Source: a bacterium
GTDB taxonomy: Bacteria; BMS3Abin14
NCBI GenBank assembly: GCA_020349685.1
Contig: CP070698.1
Location: forward strand, 1,227,522 to 1,237,597
Length of the DNA stretch: 10,076 nucleotides
Direction: 5' to 3'
Position numbers and translations under genes: made by a program. Every line of letters starts with the position of its first letter. Position 1 is the stretch's first letter. The notes under the pieces are model-generated. The model saw nothing but the letters and a program-made list of their open reading frames with translations. It had not been told where the DNA came from and searched no databases. Positions 5,887 to 10,076 of the stretch are shown here, piece by piece.

Positions 5887-7014
5887 CTATTCGATCTTTT
5901 CTCCGCAATGGAGACAGAAACGGGCTCCTTCGGGGACCTTGCGGCCGCATTTCGTACAGACAGGCTTGCTCTTCTTCACCTCGTGGCCGCACTCGTGGCA
6001 GAAGCGCGCATCGGAGGGAAGATCCTTTCCACAGGAGCCGCAAACCTGTCCCCGGACGACAGGAGTTCCGCATCGGAAACAGAAGCGGGCGTCGGCCGGC
6101 AGTTCGGCCTGGCACTGCGGGCACGAGTCCCCCCCGGTCGGCCCCGAAGGGGGTTTGCCCTCCAGGGTCGAGCGGAGAAAAGAAGGCACCATCATCCCCA
6201 GCCCGGCGCCCAACCCCAGCCCCATTCCGGATTCGGCGGTGGAGGGAGCTCCTCCCTCCCCCGCCCCCGCGGCGTCGCCCATGAACTGGGCGGCCTTGAA
6301 GCGGAGGTAATCCTTCTCGCCGACGGCGGTCATACTTCCTCTTTCATCGATGATCTTCTGGACATTATCTGGCGGCGTGATGGACTGTATAATGAGATCC
6401 TTCAGTTCCACACCGTATTTGAGGAACTCCTCCCTGATGCGCGCCTTGGCCGCCGCGCCCAGCTCTTCGTAAACCTGCGCCAGGTCGAGGATGGTGTCCA
6501 GATTCTCTCCGAGAAGGTCGTTGATGCGGGAGATGATGACCGCCCGCAGATAGTCGGAGATCTCATCGGTGGTGTAGACCCCCTGGGTGCCGACCAGGAC
6601 GTTGATGAACAGCATGGGCTGGACCACCCTGATGGTGTAGTTGCCGTGGGCCCGGAGCCTGACCATCCCGAGCTCCTTGTCCCTGAAGGCCACGGGGTCC
6701 CTCGTCCCCCAGGTCAGGTTCGTAAAGGTCTTCATGGAAGCGTAGTATACCGCCACCCTGAAGGGGCTCTTGAAACCAAAGGGCAGGCTGAGGGCTTTTG
6801 TGAGAAGGGGCAGGTTCTGGGTCGTCAGGGTGTGACGGCCGGGGCCCAGAACGTCCAGGGCGCGCCCGTCGCGGAAAAAGACAGCCGCCTGGTTCTCGTT
6901 AACGACGAGCTGGGCGCCGAATTTGATCTCGCCGGTTCCCTCGGGGGGGACCCGGTGGACCATTTCGGTGCCGGTGTGATCCACCCATTCCAGAACCTCT
7001 ATGAATTCACTCAA
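5887..7014 (-). CDS. SPFH-domain protein of the Band_7_1 type (PF13421-like, YdjI-like) with Gly-rich linker and three C-terminal zinc ribbons
   Basis: 375-aa ORF. The N-terminus MSEFIEVLEWVDHTGTEMVHRVPPEGTGEIKFGAQLVVNENQAAVFFRDGRALDVLGPGRHTLTTQNLPLL matches the characteristic Band_7_1 start (compare B. subtilis YdjI, MGLFDFIKKQFIDVIEW...WRFP...GAQLTVRESQAAIF...GPGRYTL). After the linker GDAAGAGEGGAPSTAESGMGLGLGAGLG come three ribbons: CPQCQAELPADARFCFRCG, CGSCGKDLPSDARFCHECG and CTKCGRKVPEGARFCLHCG. The start codon is TTG (rc of caa 7012-7014), preceded by a strong SD CCAGGAGGCGGACA-TTG that lies inside the end of the upstream gene (8-nt overlap). Confidence 0.85.
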   Translation of the reverse strand: MSEFIEVLEWVDHTGTEMVHRVPPEGTGEIKFGAQLVVNENQAAVFFRDGRALDVLGPGRHTLTTQNLPLLTKALSLPFGFKSPFRVAVYYASMKTFTNLTWGTRDPVAFRDKELGMVRLRAHGNYTIRVVQPMLFINVLVGTQGVYTTDEISDYLRAVIISRINDLLGENLDTILDLAQVYEELGAAAKARIREEFLKYGVELKDLIIQSITPPDNVQKIIDERGSMTAVGEKDYLRFKAAQFMGDAAGAGEGGAPSTAESGMGLGLGAGLGMMVPSFLRSTLEGKPPSGPTGGDSCPQCQAELPADARFCFRCGTPVVRGQVCGSCGKDLPSDARFCHECGHEVKKSKPVCTKCGRKVPEGARFCLHCGEKIE

Positions 7015-7522
7015 TGTCCGCCTCCTGGCTTTCCATGATCCTCTTCCGGCCCTCCAACGCGTTCCTCAGATCCTTGACAGCCTCCTCGAGCCCTGATGTC
7101 CAGTCGATGTCGGAACCGATGTGGTCCACGTCACCGACGTATTCGGGCAACGCCTGCGCGGCGCTCAGCAGACCCAGATCGTACTCATAGAGCTTTTCCA
7201 GATCCTCCAGAGAGATCCCCTCCCGGTCGAACCAACCCGCGTAACCGTAGGCGGCAAAGCGCAGTTCATCTTCCATGCGCTCCAGCTTTGTAACCAGGCG
7301 TTCGAGGTTTCCTATTAAACGGAGGTTCTTCATCCCCCCCGACCTCGACAGATCATTCATGACCTCGGAGATCAGTTCCCGGCACCTGGCAACCTCCTCG
7401 GCAGCCCTGATCCTGACCGCCTTGTCCGCGTCACGCCTCTTCTCCCGGTCCTGGTAACCCCCTATACCCGGTATGATCCGCGCGATCTTTTCCAGTAGCC
7501 CTGCCACCTTGGGCTGCGTCAT
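7007..7522 (-). CDS. Hypothetical cytoplasmic protein, 171 aa, predicted helical/coiled-coil; second gene of the 4-gene cluster
   Basis: ATG at 7522-7520 overlaps the upstream stop in an ATGA arrangement (tcat at 7519-7522), which implies translational coupling. Stop TGA at 7007-7009. The sequence MTQPKVAGLLEKIARIIPGIGGYQDREKRRDADKAVRIRAAEEVARCRELISEVMNDL...EGRKRIMESQEADIE has no recognisable family. It contains a G7 run at 7334-7340. Confidence 0.6.
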   Translation of the reverse strand: MTQPKVAGLLEKIARIIPGIGGYQDREKRRDADKAVRIRAAEEVARCRELISEVMNDLSRSGGMKNLRLIGNLERLVTKLERMEDELRFAAYGYAGWFDREGISLEDLEKLYEYDLGLLSAAQALPEYVGDVDHIGSDIDWTSGLEEAVKDLRNALEGRKRIMESQEADIE

Positions 7523-8082
7523 GTTTTCCGCCTGTCTGCCGGTCCGGCCTTGATCCTCACTTTCCCCTCCTCGCTCACGACCTTGAAGGCGACCTTCTCG
7601 CTGCCATATTTTTCCCTTATTGTTTGGGCCTGCTGCTCCAGGGCGGTTCGGACCTTCTCCATGTCGGGGGTCTTACCGTTTCCGAGACGCTGGTATTCCC
7701 GGGTGAGAGCGGAAAAGAGCTTGTCCATCTCTCCCTTGTCGGTGTTGCTGGTGGAGACCTCGAAAACACCGGGAAGCTGCTCCTGGGGGGCGGCAGCCTG
7801 GGTGACCGGCGTGGCTCTCCTCACCTGTTTCCTGCCCTCTTCGAGCTCCCTTAAGTTCCTCTGCCAGTACTGGAGATAAGTGTTGTAGCGGGATATGGCC
7901 TGCTGGGTGCGAAAGCGCAGGGCCGTGTTCGTCATGACGGTGGAGGTGAGGGTACGGACCTCCCTTGCGACCTTGTCGGCGAGCTTGTCCGGAGGCCGGC
8001 GTTCGACCCCCGCGAAATACTGATCGTAGGCTGCCTTGAGCTTGTTTATGTCCTGTTCGAGTTTGCGCACTTTTTCTTCCAT
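7519..8082 (-). CDS. Hypothetical protein, 187 aa, charged/helical N-terminus; first gene of the 4-gene cluster
   Basis: ATG at 8082-8080 (rc of cat) with weak SD. Stop at 7519-7521. The protein MEEKVRKLEQDINKLKAAYDQYFAGVERRPPDKLADKVAREV...KYGSEKVAFKVVSEEGKVRIKAGPADRRKT has no family recognisable by eye. It lies directly downstream of an AT-rich divergent promoter region. Confidence 0.6.
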   Translation of the reverse strand: MEEKVRKLEQDINKLKAAYDQYFAGVERRPPDKLADKVAREVRTLTSTVMTNTALRFRTQQAISRYNTYLQYWQRNLRELEEGRKQVRRATPVTQAAAPQEQLPGVFEVSTSNTDKGEMDKLFSALTREYQRLGNGKTPDMEKVRTALEQQAQTIREKYGSEKVAFKVVSEEGKVRIKAGPADRRKT

Positions 8083-8127
8083 TTATTACCGGTCTGCCCT
8101 TTCTCTCCCCACCATACAGGGAAAAAT

Positions 8128-8238
8128 GATAACAGAGGGGATAAGGGAAATAAAGTAATAGTAACAACTAGTGCCAAGCGATAAGAGATAGGAGATGGGG
8201 ATTGGTCCTCCAGGCTTATCTCTTCAGCACTTATCTCC
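8128..8238. promoter_or_regulatory. Cluster of GATAAG-type motifs in direct and inverted orientation (putative operator) in the divergent intergenic region
   Basis: GATAAC (8128-8133), GGATAAGGGA (8139-8148), CGATAAGAGATAGGAGAT (8180-8197), GCTTATCTCTTC (8214-8225; rc GAAGAGATAAGC) and ACTTATCTCC (8229-8238; rc GGAGATAAGT). AAGAGATA (8183-8190) and TATCTCTT (8217-8224) form a perfect 8-bp inverted repeat ~26 bp apart. The region is AT-rich. Confidence 0.45.
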
Positions 8239-8257
8239 TGGTACTGCCTTCCGACCC

Positions 8258-8286
8258 TTGACACCAAACAGCGTTGCTGAGATATT
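8258..8286 (+). promoter_or_regulatory. Sigma70-like promoter for glmU-glmS: -35 TTGACA (8258-8263), 17-nt spacer, -10 GATATT (8281-8286)
   Basis: The -35 hexamer matches consensus perfectly and the spacer is the optimal 17 nt. The -10 matches TATAAT at 4/6, including the critical A2 and T6. A T-rich discriminator follows, the predicted TSS is ~8293, and the ATG is ~45 nt downstream. Confidence 0.45.
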
Positions 8287-8337
8287 GTTTTTTTAATAAT
8301 TTTAAGACCTTGCCAGCCGTTTCACAGGGAACGGTTA

Positions 8338-9801
8338 ATGCAGGGCCATCATTCGGAGAACTTTTCCAGAAGCATGCACCAGCAGACGACATCCCCCCTC
8401 CTGACCATCATTCTCGCAGCCGGGAAAGGAACCCGGATGAAGACTTCCCTTCCCAAGGTCCTGCACACACTGAGAGGCCGCCACCTTATCGACCACGTCC
8501 TGGACACCGCATCCCGTGCTGGTCCGGGCAGGGTCATCGTCATCTCGGGACATGGCGCCGATGCCGTAGCCGCCTCCATAAGGCGAAGAACCGGCCAGTA
8601 CGAGATGGTCATTCAGGAGCCTCAGCTGGGCACAGGCCACGCCGTAGCCCAGTGCCTGGGCGGCCTCGCCGGCTTTGACGGAACGGTCCTGGTTCTTTCC
8701 GGTGACGTGCCGAAGCTCAGGCCCGAAACGGTTGAAGGACTGATCCGATCGAGGTTGGAAACAGGTTCTGATATCAGCATCCTCACGGGATACCTGGCAG
8801 ACCCAACCGGTTACGGGAGGATCATCCGGGATCCTGGCGGAAAGGTCACCGGGATCCGGGAGCAAAGGGACCTTCATCCGGATCAGGAAAGCATCAACGA
8901 GGTGAACCTGGGTGTGTATGCATTCGATGCCGCCTTTCTCACCAGGGAACTTCCCAAACTGAGAAACGACAATGCCCAGGGGGAATACTACCTGACGGAT
9001 CTCGTCGGCGCGGCCGTCCGGTCAGGCGGCGGAGCCGTTACCTTTGCAGCCGAGGACCACGCCGAAGCGCTGGGCATCAACACCCTTTTGGAACTGTCGG
9101 AAATGGAGACCAATATGAACCGGGAATACCTCAAAAAGCTAATGGATTCGGGTGTCCGCATCCTCGACCCCGCCCGCACCTGGATCGACGACACGGTGAC
9201 CGTCGAGGCGGATGTAGTGATCCACCCCACGGCCTTTCTTTACGGAACCACCACCGTTGGAGCGGGCTCGGTCATCGGCCCGGGAGCAGTGATCACCGAC
9301 TCCCTCATCGGCAGGGATGTCGAGATCAGGCCCTACTGCGTCATCACCGGTTCCAAAGTCGGAGACCAGGCGGCCGTAGGGCCCTTTTCCCACATGCGCG
9401 CCGGCACCGAGATCGGCCCTTCGGCGCGGATCGGCAATTATGTGGAGACCAAGATGGCGGTCATCGGCGAGAACAGCAAAGTTTCCCACCTGACCTACGT
9501 TGGGGATGCCGAACTGGGAAACAACGTAAACATCGGGGCGGGATGCGTCACCTGCAATTACGACGGCTTTAACAAGTACAGGACCGTCATCGAAGACGGG
9601 GTTTTTGTCGGCAGCGGCACCATGATGGTGGCCCCCATAACCATCGGTAAAGGGTCCCTCGTCGCGGCGGGATCGACCCTGACAAAGGACGTGCCTCCCG
9701 ACTCCCTCGCCATCGCCCGGAGCCACCAGTCGGAAAAACAAGGCTGGGCAGCCAAAAGGCGTGAAAAGCTCGCCGCCGAGAAAAAGAAGGAGAAAAGCTG
9801 A
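8338..9801 (+). CDS. glmU: Bifunctional UDP-N-acetylglucosamine pyrophosphorylase / glucosamine-1-phosphate N-acetyltransferase
   Basis: 487-aa ORF with the N-terminal nucleotidyltransferase signature [23 protein letters not shown]...LVLSGDVP and a C-terminal left-handed beta-helix with hexapeptide repeats ([61 protein letters not shown]...). An AGGGAA SD lies 7 nt before ATG 8338. An alternative in-frame ATG at 8374 (M13) has no SD. Unusual Lys-rich C-terminal tail [17 protein letters not shown]. Stop TGA 9799-9801. Confidence 0.93.
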   Translation: MQGHHSENFSRSMHQQTTSPLLTIILAAGKGTRMKTSLPKVLHTLRGRHLIDHVLDTASRAGPGRVIVISGHGADAVAASIRRRTGQYEMVIQEPQLGTGHAVAQCLGGLAGFDGTVLVLSGDVPKLRPETVEGLIRSRLETGSDISILTGYLADPTGYGRIIRDPGGKVTGIREQRDLHPDQESINEVNLGVYAFDAAFLTRELPKLRNDNAQGEYYLTDLVGAAVRSGGGAVTFAAEDHAEALGINTLLELSEMETNMNREYLKKLMDSGVRILDPARTWIDDTVTVEADVVIHPTAFLYGTTTVGAGSVIGPGAVITDSLIGRDVEIRPYCVITGSKVGDQAAVGPFSHMRAGTEIGPSARIGNYVETKMAVIGENSKVSHLTYVGDAELGNNVNIGAGCVTCNYDGFNKYRTVIEDGVFVGSGTMMVAPITIGKGSLVAAGSTLTKDVPPDSLAIARSHQSEKQGWAAKRREKLAAEKKKEKS

Positions 9802-10076
9802 TGTGCGGAATCGTCGGATACATCGGTCCTCAGAATGCCACCGAGGTTCTTCTCGAGGGGCTCCGCCGCCTGGAGTACCGCGGTTATGACTCGGCCGGCA
9901 TCGCCGTGGTGAGGGAGGGCAGGCTGGATATCAGACGGAGCGTGGGCAAGATCGTCAACCTGGACGAGGCCATCCGTAAAGCTCCATTGGCGGGCACCAC
10001 CGGCGTGGGGCACACGCGCTGGGCCACTCACGGCAAGCCCAGCGAGGAAAACGCACACCCTCACCGGGACTGCACG
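9801..10076 (+). CDS. glmS: Glutamine--fructose-6-phosphate aminotransferase, N-terminal 92 codons (continues beyond the window)
   Basis: ATG 9801-9803 overlaps the glmU stop (TGATG). Translation [88 protein letters not shown] is the canonical GlmS class-II glutamine amidotransferase N-terminus (catalytic Cys2). It is open to the end of the window. Confidence 0.92.
   Translation, partial: MCGIVGYIGPQNATEVLLEGLRRLEYRGYDSAGIAVVREGRLDIRRSVGKIVNLDEAIRKAPLAGTTGVGHTRWATHGKPSEENAHPHRDCT

Noticed and set aside
5164-7038. 624-aa + strand ORF, the longest ORF in the window
   Set aside because: It is exactly antisense to two - strand genes with recognisable domains (Band_7_1 SPFH plus zinc ribbons; CxxC protein) and it spans their intergenic gap. 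Its translation is Arg/Gly/Pro-rich low-information sequence typical of high-GC antisense frames, with no motifs.
7673-8267. - strand ORFs at 7673-8167 (164 aa) and 8046-8267 (73 aa), and + ORFs at 7550-7879 and 7624-7854
   Set aside because: They overlap the 187-aa gene in other frames or run into the AT-rich promoter region. They are Arg/Gly-rich, have no RBS, and the 187-aa frame has the better start context and operon coupling.
8083-8337. Possible glmS ribozyme or other riboswitch upstream of the glm genes
   Set aside because: glmS starts overlapping the glmU stop with no leader, and the 45-nt glmU leader is too short and lacks the conserved glmS-ribozyme core. No riboswitch-like structure is evident.
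8338-8376. Alternative glmU start at ATG 8374 (M13), which would give the more typical short N-terminus before [14 protein letters not shown]
   Set aside because: No SD precedes 8374, whereas AGGGAA lies 7 nt upstream of ATG 8338. The 5' start is kept but flagged as uncertain.
8335-9823. - strand ORFs antisense to glmU (8335-8877, 8349-8612, 8988-9230, 9139-9741, 9558-10064, 9587-9823)
   Set aside because: glmU and glmS on the + strand are unambiguous. These are GC-driven antisense frames.

Overview
This is a high-GC (~62%) bacterial chromosomal window with short AT-rich intergenic islands and 11 supportable coding regions. From left to right they are as follows. (1) A 3' fragment of a + strand gene (2-100). 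It converges on (2) a - strand gene (214-990) whose N-terminal ~130 aa resemble T4 endonuclease V / pyrimidine-dimer DNA glycosylase (Pyr_excise family), followed by an acidic C-terminal extension. The two genes share a symmetric bidirectional terminator hairpin (99-128), next to an unusual AT-rich inverted heptamer-repeat element (131-210). (3) A - strand operon: a long-form NfeD ClpP-class membrane serine protease (2908-4350), a stomatin-type SPFH/band-7 protein (2058-2840) and a 4-TM membrane protein with a charged coiled-coil tail (1230-2033). This is the classic nfeD-stomatin (STOPP) pair plus a third gene. (4) Immediately upstream on the same strand is a tightly packed four-gene cluster (4561-8082). 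It encodes two small coiled-coil-rich proteins (187 aa and 171 aa), a second SPFH paralog of the Band_7_1 type (PF13421-like) with a Gly-rich linker and three C-terminal zinc ribbons, and a 436-aa protein with two CxxC..CxxC zinc ribbons and no recognisable domain. I cannot assign this module to any characterised system, and it is the best candidate for an undescribed system in the window. It loosely recalls the B. subtilis pspA-ydjGHI module (Zn-ribbon protein, membrane protein and Band_7_1 SPFH protein) but lacks a recognisable PspA. (5) A divergent intergenic region (8083-8337) holds a GATAAG-type motif cluster and a good sigma70-like promoter, and leads into glmU (8338-9801) and the start of glmS (9801 onward, TGATG overlap). 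No tRNA, rRNA, CRISPR or transposase was seen. Many long ORFs on the opposite strand of real genes are high-GC antisense artefacts.
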